Part shown: in pieces, positions 17,414-25,132 of the stretch
How the letters are laid out: every line of letters begins with the position of its first letter
Numbering within the stretch: position 1 is the stretch's first letter
DNA from: an uncultured Candidatus Saccharibacteria bacterium
GTDB lineage: Bacteria; Patescibacteriota; Minisyncoccia; UBA6257; 2-01-FULL-56-20
DNA: 25,132 nucleotides
Reading direction: 5' to 3'
Assembly: GCA_964632585.1 (NCBI GenBank)
Contig: CAZWBU010000005.1
Location: forward strand, 1,209 to 26,340
The notes under the pieces: generated by a model
Seen by the model: the letters and a program-made list of their open reading frames with translations, nothing else
Told to the model about the DNA's origin: nothing
Database searches by the model: none
Translations under genes and position numbers: made by a program

Positions 17414-17629
17414 ATGGCGAACGTAAAAATTTACAGCACCCCCACGTGTGTCTACTGCAAAATGGCGAAGGATTTCTTCGTGAAAAACAGCGTGCAATAT
17501 CAGGAGTTCAATGTGGCCGAAGATGATGCGGCGCGGGAGGAGATGATCCAGAAGTCGCACCAGCTCGGCGAGATCTTTGTTGGATTTGACCAAAAGGGGC
17601 TGACGAGAGCGCTCAAAATTAAGACCTAG
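17414..17629 (+). CDS. Glutaredoxin/NrdH-like protein, apparently lacking the cis-Pro segment
   Basis: YSTPTCVYC active site and VGFD. QLG is joined directly to EIFVGFD. Confidence 0.8.
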   Translation: MANVKIYSTPTCVYCKMAKDFFVKNSVQYQEFNVAEDDAAREEMIQKSHQLGEIFVGFDQKGLTRALKIKT

Positions 17630-17654
17630 AACTTAGCCAATAGGACTTAGAACG
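17627..17654 (+). repeat. Left heptamer arm of four-helix-bundle cassette
   Basis: TAGAACT TAGCCAA TAGGACT TAGAACG; the first TAG is the glutaredoxin stop. Confidence 0.88.
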
Positions 17655-17655
17655 G

Positions 17656-18027
17656 ATGAATTCGTACAAAGAGCTTATTGTTTGGCAAAAAGCATTCGAT
17701 CTGACAAAAGAGGTTTATCGGCTAACCAGTTTATTCCCTGCATCGGAGTTATATGGATTAACAAGTCAATTGCGACGTGCAGCTGTTTCTATTGTTTCAA
17801 ATATCGCCGAAGGTTTCAGTCGGAAATCGCAACGAGAAACAGTGCAGTTCTTCTCGATCGCGTTTGGATCAACTAGCGAGGTTGAAACTCAACTGTTATT
17901 AGGGAAGGAGATGGAGTTTGCTGCAGTGCATGAGTTCGTTCGAGCTGAAGATCTTTCGCTCCAAGTTCGTAAGATGCTGAATTCAATGTTGAGTAGTTCG
18001 AAGAAGAATACTATTTCTAAGTCCTAA
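17656..18027 (+). CDS. Four-helix-bundle protein (23S rRNA intervening-sequence protein family, Avd-related fold)
   Basis: YKELIVWQKA, FP.SELYGLTSQLRRAAVSI.SNIAEG and AFGS.SEVETQL motifs. Confidence 0.92.
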   Translation: MNSYKELIVWQKAFDLTKEVYRLTSLFPASELYGLTSQLRRAAVSIVSNIAEGFSRKSQRETVQFFSIAFGSTSEVETQLLLGKEMEFAAVHEFVRAEDLSLQVRKMLNSMLSSSKKNTISKS

Positions 18028-18047
18028 ATCCTAAGTTCTAATTCCTA
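18013..18047 (-). repeat. Right heptamer arm of four-helix-bundle cassette
   Basis: ATTTCTA AGTCCTA AATCCTA AGTTCTA ATTCCTA. Contains the ORF stop and ends 5 nt before the trxB ATG. Confidence 0.88.
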
Positions 18048-18052
18048 AATTC

Positions 18053-19009
18053 ATGTACGATTTAATTATTATCGGCGGCGGGCCAGGCGGCGTGTCGGCT
18101 GGGGTCTACGCCGCGAGAAAGAAAATAAAGAGCTTGCTCATTACCGATTCGTTCGGTGGGCAGTCGCTTGTTTCTGCGGACGTGCAGAACTGGATCGGTA
18201 CCAAGTCCGTTTCTGGTTATGATCTGGGCAAGATGTTCGAAGAGCACCTTCGTGCACAAGAGGATATCGAAATCGTAGGTGATGATCTCGTGACGTCCGT
18301 TAAAGAAGTTGAGGGCGGTCTTGAAATTGGAACGCAGAGCGGCAAAACCTATCAAACAAAATATCTTTTAATCTGCTCGGGGAGCCGTCGCAAGAAGCTT
18401 AATATCCCGGGCGAGAAGGAACTCGATGGGAAGGGAGTCGTGTATTGCTCTACCTGCGATGCGCCGCTCTTTAAGAATAAAGTTACGGCAGTCGTAGGTG
18501 GAGGCAACGCAGGGCTTGAGGCAGTTGTGGATCTTCTACCGTACGCTTCTAAAATATATTTACTGGAGTATGGCGAGGCACTCAAAGGTGACGCAGTAAC
18601 GCATGAGAAGATTAAGGCGAATCCGAAAGTAGAAATCATTTTCAATGCGCAGAGCCAAAAAGTGCTTGGCTCGCCCTCCACAATTTCGCCGGGCGAAACT
18701 GAGGAGGGTAAAGGATTTGTCAACGGTCTCGAATATCTCGACCGGAAAACGAACGAGGTGAAAAAACTTGATCTCGAAGGTGTTTTCGTCGAGATCGGTG
18801 CCTTGCCAAACTCGGAGTTTGTGAAGGACGTTGTGCAGCTCAACAACGTGAATGAAATTGTCTCTGATCCGAAGACGCAGAAAACCTCGCATGCGCGCAT
18901 CTGGGCAGTAGGGGACGCGACGGACGTATTGTACAAGCAGAACAACATCTCGGCAGGAGATGCGGTGAAAGCGGTACTGAATATTTACGAGGAGTTGAAT
19001 AAGGGCTAA
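18053..19009 (+). CDS. trxB: Thioredoxin-disulfide reductase
   Basis: GGGPGG, CSTCD redox motif, GGGNAG and AVGD motifs. Confidence 0.9.
   Translation: MYDLIIIGGGPGGVSAGVYAARKKIKSLLITDSFGGQSLVSADVQNWIGTKSVSGYDLGKMFEEHLRAQEDIEIVGDDLVTSVKEVEGGLEIGTQSGKTYQTKYLLICSGSRRKKLNIPGEKELDGKGVVYCSTCDAPLFKNKVTAVVGGGNAGLEAVVDLLPYASKIYLLEYGEALKGDAVTHEKIKANPKVEIIFNAQSQKVLGSPSTISPGETEEGKGFVNGLEYLDRKTNEVKKLDLEGVFVEIGALPNSEFVKDVVQLNNVNEIVSDPKTQKTSHARIWAVGDATDVLYKQNNISAGDAVKAVLNIYEELNKG
18674..18708. repeat. In-frame palindromic hairpin within trxB
   Basis: CCCTCC-A-CA-A-TTTCGC-CGG-GCGAAA-C-TG-A-GGAGGG, within the segment encoding SPSTISPGETEEG. Confidence 0.65.
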
Positions 19010-19035
19010 GATAGGAATCAGCGAAGGAGGTTTAC

Positions 19036-19293
19036 ATGCCATCGGTTCTCGGTCTGGCTGCGTTTTTGAGCTTGCTCACCATAACAGTAGTGGTGACGCG
19101 CTTTCCACACCGGTTCCTTCGAGAAATCGTAGCTCTCGTCGAGCTTGTGTATCGGATTTGCCACATTGTTCTTTGGGGAGTGCTTCTGGGGAGGATCGCG
19201 CTCGTCATTGGGATAGTTCTCGCATCGCTTTGGCTAACTCTTTTCATCTACTATGAGCACGGGGCCAGCTTCACGCTCGGGTTTTTCCATTGA
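19036..19293 (+). CDS. Hypothetical small membrane protein
   Basis: AGGAGG 5 nt before the ATG, 2-3 hydrophobic segments, and a hairpin right after the stop. No family recognised. Confidence 0.45.
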   Translation: MPSVLGLAAFLSLLTITVVVTRFPHRFLREIVALVELVYRICHIVLWGVLLGRIALVIGIVLASLWLTLFIYYEHGASFTLGFFH

Positions 19294-19331
19294 GCCGCTG
19301 TCCGAATCGGACAGCGGCTTCCGTTCTTTTT
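19293..19331 (+). terminator. Hairpin, probable intrinsic terminator
   Basis: AGCCGCTGTCCG-AAT-CGGACAGCGGCT followed by TCCGTTCTTTTT. Confidence 0.55.
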
Positions 19332-19335
19332 GGCC

Positions 19336-19385
19336 TTGACCCCGCACCTTTGGCGGACCAGCCGGCAAAGGTGCAGGGTTGACAC
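19336..19385. repeat. Inverted-repeat element, short form of 15789-15908
   Basis: TTGACCCCGCACCTTTG-N13-CAAAGGTGCAGGGTTGACAC. Confidence 0.82.
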
Positions 19386-19408
19386 ACCCTACGGCCTTGC
19401 CGTATCTT
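19379..19408 (+). promoter_or_regulatory. Sigma70-type promoter of groES-groEL
   Basis: TTGACA-N18-TATCTT, immediately upstream of a CIRCE-like box. Confidence 0.6.
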
Positions 19409-19411
19409 GTA

Positions 19412-19438
19412 TTGGCAATCCTCGGTCGAGGTTGCTAA
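19412..19438 (+). promoter_or_regulatory. Degenerate CIRCE (HrcA operator)
   Basis: TTGGCAATC-N9-GGTTGCTAA versus consensus TTAGCACTC-N9-GAGTGCTAA (7/9 in each arm), upstream of groES. Confidence 0.72.
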
Positions 19439-19446
19439 ACAATAAT

Positions 19447-19515
19447 GCGAATGATACGAATGGTGTACGAATACTACGAATATTTGTAGCATTCGTCGTT
19501 CATTCGTAGATTCGG
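19447..19515. repeat. Complementary CGAAT/ATTCG arrays in the groES leader
   Basis: Four CGAAT units (8-11 nt spacing) followed by three ATTCG units. Confidence 0.7.
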
Positions 19516-19529
19516 ATTACATTGCATTT

Positions 19530-19817
19530 ATGCAATTCAAACCACTATCGAATCATGTATTCCTCGAACCGCTCGAGGAGGAAAAGGTAACGAAGTCAGG
19601 CATCTTTTTGCCGGAGACGGCCGAAAAAGAGAAGCCGGTCATGGGCAAGGTTTTGGCCATCGGGCCAGGAAAGAAGAATGAACAAGGCGTTTTGAGCCCC
19701 ATGCCCGTTAAGGTCGGCGATAAGGTCCTTTTTAAGAAGTACGGACCCGACGAGATCGAGATCGAAGGGAAGAAGTATCTGGTCGGAGACGAGGATGATT
19801 TACTCGCGATTATTGAT

Positions 19818-19820
<3 letters not shown>
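19530..19820 (+). CDS. groES: Co-chaperonin GroES
   Basis: KPLSNHV, TKSGIFLP, KEKP and VKVGDKV motifs. Confidence 0.97.
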
Positions 19821-21548
<1,728 letters not shown>

Positions 21549-21551
<3 letters not shown>

Positions 21552-21584
21552 AGAATTAGCGAATAGGGAATAGCGAACAGTGAC
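21549..21584 (+). repeat. Heptamer array starting at the groEL stop
   Basis: TAGAGAAT TAGCGAA TAGGGAA TAGCGAA CAGTGAC. Confidence 0.7.
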
Positions 21585-21590
21585 GAGTTA

Positions 21591-21623
21591 CACAAAACCC
21601 CCGCAAACGGCGGGGGTTTTGTG
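21591..21623 (+). terminator. Intrinsic terminator after groEL
   Basis: 14-bp stem CACAAAACCCCCGC/GCGGGGGTTTTGTG. Confidence 0.85.
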
Positions 21624-21624
21624 C

Positions 21625-21652
21625 TTGCTTTTCTCTGGCAGGGTAGTATACT
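21625..21652 (+). promoter_or_regulatory. Putative promoter for leaderless lemA
   Basis: TTGCTT-N16-TATACT, with ATG 21660 seven nt downstream. Confidence 0.5.
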
Positions 21653-21659
21653 GAACCCC

Positions 21660-22202
21660 ATGGAAATTATCTTCATCGTTGTTCTCGCGCTCGCGGCCTG
21701 GCTCATTTTTGCCTATAACCGCCTGGTTACCCTGCGGAATCGGGTAAAAGAGGCATCTTCGGACATTGAGGTTCAACAAAAGCGCCGGTATGACCTCATC
21801 CCAAACGTCGTTTCGACCGTGAAGGGCTATGCGAAGCACGAGGACGCGGTGTTTACTAAAGTTACCGAGGCCCGCTCGCGGGCGATGGGTGCAACTGACC
21901 CGAAAGCGAAGCTCGCGGCGGAGAATGCGCTTTCTTCAACCCTGAAGTCACTCTTTGCGATTTCAGAGGCGTACCCGGAACTCAAGGCAAATCAGAACTT
22001 CCTTGCGCTCCAGCAAGAGCTTTCGGATACGGAAAATAAGATTCAAGCCGCGCGACGGTTCTTTAATACGAATGTGCGCGACTACAACACCTCGCTTCAA
22101 ACCTTCCCGACGAATCTGATTGCAAACAACTTTGGATTCACGGCGATGGAATTCTTTGATGCTGAAGAGGAAGCAGAGAAACCCGTAAAAGTCAGCTTTT
22201 AG
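21660..22202 (+). CDS. lemA: LemA family protein
   Basis: N-terminal TM, YNRLV..RN, RYDLIPN, EAYPELKANQNF and AARRFFN motifs. Confidence 0.93.
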   Translation: MEIIFIVVLALAAWLIFAYNRLVTLRNRVKEASSDIEVQQKRRYDLIPNVVSTVKGYAKHEDAVFTKVTEARSRAMGATDPKAKLAAENALSSTLKSLFAISEAYPELKANQNFLALQQELSDTENKIQAARRFFNTNVRDYNTSLQTFPTNLIANNFGFTAMEFFDAEEEAEKPVKVSF

Positions 22203-22227
22203 CTTTGAGCTGTTAGGTTCGAGTAAC
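22193..22227 (+). repeat. Heptamer array spanning the lemA stop
   Basis: CAGCTTT TAGCTTT GAGCTGT TAGGTTC GAGTAAC. Confidence 0.65.
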
Positions 22228-22250
22228 CGGCCAGAGGCCGGTTTTCGTTT
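22225..22250 (+). terminator. Probable lemA terminator
   Basis: AACCGGCC-AGA-GGCCGGTT followed by TTCGTTT. Confidence 0.6.
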
Positions 22251-22255
22251 ACAGT

Positions 22256-22357
22256 AACCCTTCGACCCTGCTCAGGGTGCTCGATTTTGCGACGCCTTCG
22301 GCGGGCAAAATCGGCAAAAACATCGCGCCCGGCGCAGGTCGTGGACCTGTCCGGGCG
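22256..22357. repeat. Cluster of REP-like hairpins between convergent genes
   Basis: ACCCTG-CT-CAGGGT; CGATTTTGC..CGCC-TTC-GGCG..GCAAAATCG; CGCCCGG..CAGGTC-GTG-GACCTG..CCGGGCG. Confidence 0.6.
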
Positions 22358-22378
22358 TAATTCGAGCTGTGGCGCTCG

Positions 22379-22537
22379 TTAGTGTGGCGTTGCGATCCTC
22401 GTGACGCCAGACTTGATTGCGATATCGACCATCGTGTTGCAGAACCATATGGTGAACACCAGGGCTCCGGCGGTCAAAAGCGCAGCACCCACGATCGGTA
22501 CGAGCCAACTCTCTTCGTGGGTCTTTGCAACTTCCAT
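22379..22537 (-). CDS. 52-aa single-TM microprotein MEVAKTHEESWLVPIVGAALLTAGALVFTIWFCNTMVDIAIKSGVTRIATPH
   Basis: GGAGGTG 5 nt upstream; TGATG overlap with the upstream ORF; one hydrophobic helix. Confidence 0.62.
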   Translation of the reverse strand: MEVAKTHEESWLVPIVGAALLTAGALVFTIWFCNTMVDIAIKSGVTRIATPH

Positions 22538-22692
22538 CACTGCACCTCCGGCAAGTTCGAGGTCCCTTCCAAGATCTCGAACAGTGCCAAAGCAAATCGT
22601 ATCCCGATGTAAGCGCCAATGCAGACGAAGCAGAGGAACGTGATGCCGCCGATGGCACCAAGTTGCAGGACCCAGTTTGGCAGGGTTGCCAT
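22537..22692 (-). CDS. 51-aa single-TM microprotein MATLPNWVLQLGAIGGITFLCFVCIGAYIGIRFALALFEILEGTSNLPEVQ
   Basis: GGAAAGGAAAGG just upstream, a hydrophobic core, and a stop that overlaps the next start. Confidence 0.62.
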   Translation of the reverse strand: MATLPNWVLQLGAIGGITFLCFVCIGAYIGIRFALALFEILEGTSNLPEVQ

Positions 22693-22712
22693 AACCTTTC
22701 CTTTCCGCGCGT

Positions 22713-22877
22713 TCAGCGCATCCTGTCGTTTTCTTCCGCCTCGATGGCGTCGGCGAGCGGGCCCTTCGGTTTCTTTCCGAAGAATGCCTCGCGGAGCTGG
22801 CGGGGTCCTCGTGCCCTGACGATTGCGAGGAATATTGCCGCGGCGACGATCAAAAGTATCGGTCGTAGCAGTTCCAT
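22713..22877 (-). CDS. 54-aa single-TM microprotein MELLRPILLIVAAAIFLAIVRARGPRQLREAFFGKKPKGPLADAIEAEENDRMR
   Basis: GGGAGGAAG 5 nt upstream; N-terminal TM followed by a basic then acidic tail. Confidence 0.62.
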   Translation of the reverse strand: MELLRPILLIVAAAIFLAIVRARGPRQLREAFFGKKPKGPLADAIEAEENDRMR

Positions 22878-22957
22878 CTATGCTTCCTCCCTTGCCTGGT
22901 AGTAGAAGTTCGATTGTGTTTTTTCGCCGGAAGCGAATCGAACTTTCACCACTCGGC

Positions 22958-22998
22958 TTGCTAATTACTGTTGTATCAGCGATAATATGCTTTGTCAA
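22958..22998. promoter_or_regulatory. Overlapping divergent promoters (htpX and microprotein operon)
   Basis: Plus strand TTGCTA-N17-GATAAT (22958-22986); minus strand TTGACA-N17-TACAAC (22998-22970). Confidence 0.45.
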
Positions 22999-23000
22999 TT

Positions 23001-23954
23001 ATGACTGGACCAGATCTTTACAAAAATAAGGATTCGAATATCTTCAAAACCTGGATACTGTTTATGGGGTTTTTAGTGTTTGTGATCGCCGTCGGTTGGG
23101 TCTTCAGCGAAGCATATGGCAACTCCGGTATTCTCGTCTTTGCGGTGATTTTTAGTGTGGGGACGAGCTGGGTGAGCTACTGGTACTCGGACAAGATCGT
23201 GCTTCGCATGGCGCGCGCCAAGCCAGTTGACATGAAAAGCAATCCGGAGTTGTACCGGATAGTCGAGAATTTGGCCATTACTGCGGGACTCCCGACGCCG
23301 AAGATTTATACCATTCCCGAGGCACAGATGAACGCATTTGCCACGGGGCGAAATGCGGAGCATGCCGTGATCGCCGTTACCGAAGGCGCGCTTCGGGGCT
23401 TGAGCAAGCCGGAGCTTGAAGGCGTCTTGGGGCATGAGATGTCGCACATCGGCAACCGTGACATGCTTGTCGGCACCGTTGCAGTAACGCTTGTCGGCCT
23501 CATTTCGCTCTTGTCGGATATGTTTTTGCGGTCGCTGTGGATGGGGGGGGGACGCCTGCCTGCCGGCAGGCAGGGAGCCGGCGACGATCGGAATGGTAGC
23601 AACGGCGTGATTATGATCATTGCCATTGCCCTCGCCGTACTCGCGCCGATTTCGGCAACCTTGATCCAGCTTGCTATTTCGCGAAAGAGAGAGTTTTTGG
23701 CGGATGCTTCGGGGGCACTTCTTACTCGCTATCCCGATGGGCTTGCTTCGGCGCTCGAGAAGATCGCGAAAGATACGATTCCGATGCGTGTAGCCGCTCG
23801 GAATACCACCGCGCATTTATGGATCGATGACCCGTTTACCGGTGATAACCGTGCGTCGTGGTGGCACAAGTTGTTCCAAACACACCCTCCCATTGAAGAA
23901 CGGATTAAGATCTTGCGGGGGATGAGTCCCGTTAGAGACCGCGGTCGCTTGTGA
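23001..23954 (+). CDS. htpX: Zinc metalloprotease HtpX (M48)
   Basis: NAFATG, HEMSH (HExxH), SRKREFLAD and THPPIEERI motifs. ATG 23001 preferred. Confidence 0.93.
   Translation: MTGPDLYKNKDSNIFKTWILFMGFLVFVIAVGWVFSEAYGNSGILVFAVIFSVGTSWVSYWYSDKIVLRMARAKPVDMKSNPELYRIVENLAITAGLPTPKIYTIPEAQMNAFATGRNAEHAVIAVTEGALRGLSKPELEGVLGHEMSHIGNRDMLVGTVAVTLVGLISLLSDMFLRSLWMGGGRLPAGRQGAGDDRNGSNGVIMIIAIALAVLAPISATLIQLAISRKREFLADASGALLTRYPDGLASALEKIAKDTIPMRVAARNTTAHLWIDDPFTGDNRASWWHKLFQTHPPIEERIKILRGMSPVRDRGRL
23555..23574. repeat. Perfect 20-bp palindrome in frame within htpX
   Basis: CCTGCCTGCCGGCAGGCAGG, within the segment encoding RLPAGRQG. Confidence 0.85.
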
Positions 23955-24056
23955 GAATAAATACACAGTTGATTGCTCAAGAAATATGCTAGTAACACTA
24001 ATCTAGTAACACTAATTTAGCAGGACGTGGACGACCGCGACCTGTCTCTAGCGGGA
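23927..24056. repeat. 130-bp miniature element related to 15033-15152, with an internal 14-bp tandem duplication
   Basis: TCCCGTTAGAGAC..GGTCGC / GCGACC.GTCTCTAGCGGGA arms; CTAGTAACACTAAT x2 at 23989-24016. Confidence 0.75.
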
Positions 24057-24922
24057 TGAAATTATTACAGCTTATCCGCGCGAGCATCTATTCGCCGGCA
24101 TTTTATCGGGGCCTGGAACGTAAGCCATTTTGGTTTTCGATTAAGTACTTTTATTCGCTCACCCTCGTGATCGGTATTGTTTTTTCGGTTACTTTTTCCT
24201 TGCGGGCGATTCCGGCGATTCACACGTTCGTCCAGGGTGTGAGCGGGGGACTCGTTTCGTTATTTCCCGAGAATCTCGAGATCACGATCCGGAGCGGCAC
24301 GGCGAGCATCAACCAACCCGAACCGTACTTCATCCCATTCCCGGATGCCCTTCGTGAAACCATGAAGTCGACCGATGGCGCGCAATTAAAAAATCTCCTC
24401 GTGGTGAATACCCGCGATGCGTTCTCCATCGATCAGTTCCGGTCGTATGAAACTGCCATCCTTATAACCCGCGAGAGCGTCGTATGGTCGGATCGCGAGG
24501 GGCGCATCTCGATCGATACGCTTGCGGCGTTTCCTGATACGTTGATCGATCGTCCGTTTCTCATCAGGGTTTCAAATCAGATCGAGCTTCTCGGACGCTG
24601 GCTCGCTCCGGTTATCGTATTCGGGTCGTTTGTCGCATTCATCATCGGTTACTCGTTTCATCTCCTGTATTTCGTTCCGATTGCGCTCATTGCTTGGGTG
24701 ATTACCCGAATGCGCAAACATCCTGTTTCGTATCGTACGTCATATCAGATGGCTATCCATGCGTTTACGTTGAGCGCGCTAGCCGAAATGATCATAACCG
24801 ATGCGTTCAGGGTGCCGACGGTTCAGTATCTCCCGACATTTATTGTTATTGTCACCCTCTGGGCGAATCTTCGCTGGATGGAAAGTGAGCCCAGGTCTTC
24901 TGTCCCTCCTGCAGTCGCTTGA
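24056..24922 (+). CDS. Membrane protein, DUF1189-like
   Basis: N-terminal TM, soluble domain and several C-terminal TMs; SIKYF..L and Y..SYQMAIHAFT patterns. The family call is from recall only. Confidence 0.6.
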   Translation: MKLLQLIRASIYSPAFYRGLERKPFWFSIKYFYSLTLVIGIVFSVTFSLRAIPAIHTFVQGVSGGLVSLFPENLEITIRSGTASINQPEPYFIPFPDALRETMKSTDGAQLKNLLVVNTRDAFSIDQFRSYETAILITRESVVWSDREGRISIDTLAAFPDTLIDRPFLIRVSNQIELLGRWLAPVIVFGSFVAFIIGYSFHLLYFVPIALIAWVITRMRKHPVSYRTSYQMAIHAFTLSALAEMIITDAFRVPTVQYLPTFIVIVTLWANLRWMESEPRSSVPPAVA

Positions 24923-24948
24923 AATCGATCTTGGCAGGGGAGTATAGT
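24919..24948 (+). promoter_or_regulatory. Putative tRNA promoter
   Basis: TTGAAA-N18-TATAGT, ending 13 nt before the mature tRNA 5' end. Confidence 0.5.
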
Positions 24949-24961
24949 AATTGAGCTCTGT

Positions 24962-25046
24962 GGAGGGTTCGCCTAGCGGTCTATGGCGCGCGCTTGGAAA
25001 GCGCGTTTGGCGCAAGCCATCGAGGGTTCGAATCCCTCACCCTCCG
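24962..25046 (+). tRNA. tRNA-Ser(GGA), CCA not encoded
   Basis: Acceptor stem GGAGGGT/ACCCTCC plus discriminator G; anticodon arm CGCGC-TTGGAAA-GCGCG; long variable arm TGGC-GCAA-GCCA; T arm GAGGG-TTCGAAT-CCCTC. Confidence 0.96.
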
Positions 25047-25082
25047 CAGAAATTCGGAATCAAAAGAAACGGACAAAGCGGG

Positions 25083-25101
25083 GTCGCGCCGAAGGCGCGA
25101 C
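25083..25101. repeat. GC-rich hairpin downstream of tRNA (REP-like or terminator)
   Basis: GTCGCGCC-GAA-GGCGCGAC. Confidence 0.55.
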
Positions 25102-25132
25102 ACTAATGCATTCCCCCCGCCGAATCCAGAAT

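Noticed and set aside
17656-18027. Diversity-generating retroelement (avd)
   Set aside because: No reverse transcriptase and no TR/VR pair differing at adenines is visible in the window. The sequence fits the IVS-type four-helix-bundle family better.
19032-19247. Minus-strand 71-aa ORF
   Set aside because: No SD or recognisable features. The plus-strand ORF has an SD, a hydrophobic pattern and a downstream hairpin, though it too is uncertain.
22537-22998. 153-aa ORF from the track as one protein
   Set aside because: The first 100 codons are low-complexity and Arg-rich, and overlap a better SD-led ORF in another frame. An SD-like site directly precedes the internal ATG at 22692.
24962-25132. 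tRNA-Ser as an integration site for a mobile element
   Set aside because: No integrase, and no duplicate of the tRNA 3' end within the window. Only 86 nt downstream are visible, so this cannot be assessed.

Overview
Bacterial chromosomal window read in the standard genetic code. Tight gene packing, few SD sites and many short palindromes suggest a Patescibacteria/CPR (Parcubacteria-like) genome; this is inference, as no marker gene is present. The left half (1-15.7 kb) is a surface-glycan locus: HldE-type heptose kinase (5'-truncated), GT9, CgeB-like GT, methyltransferase-like protein, four GT2s, a complete GDP-heptose route (hddA-gmhA-gmhB-hddC), flippase, a standalone nucleotidyltransferase, epimerase, polyprenyl-phosphate sugar transferase and DedA. 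The right half has redox and proteostasis genes (DsbA-like, CxxC Zn-ribbon, glutaredoxin, trxB, groES/groEL with a CIRCE-like box, lemA, htpX), a DUF1189-like protein and tRNA-Ser(GGA). The main unexplained structure is at gene junctions. A four-helix-bundle (23S rRNA IVS protein/Avd-like) gene is enclosed by complementary heptamer arrays that can form a 22-bp stem. A near-identical but empty pair of arms lies 4 kb away, and related NAG-N4 arrays mark several other junctions. Also seen: two miniature inverted-repeat families that appear to donate a start codon or a -35 box, in-frame palindromes inside trxB, htpX and the epimerase, and three SD-led microproteins between lemA and htpX that the ORF track misses.
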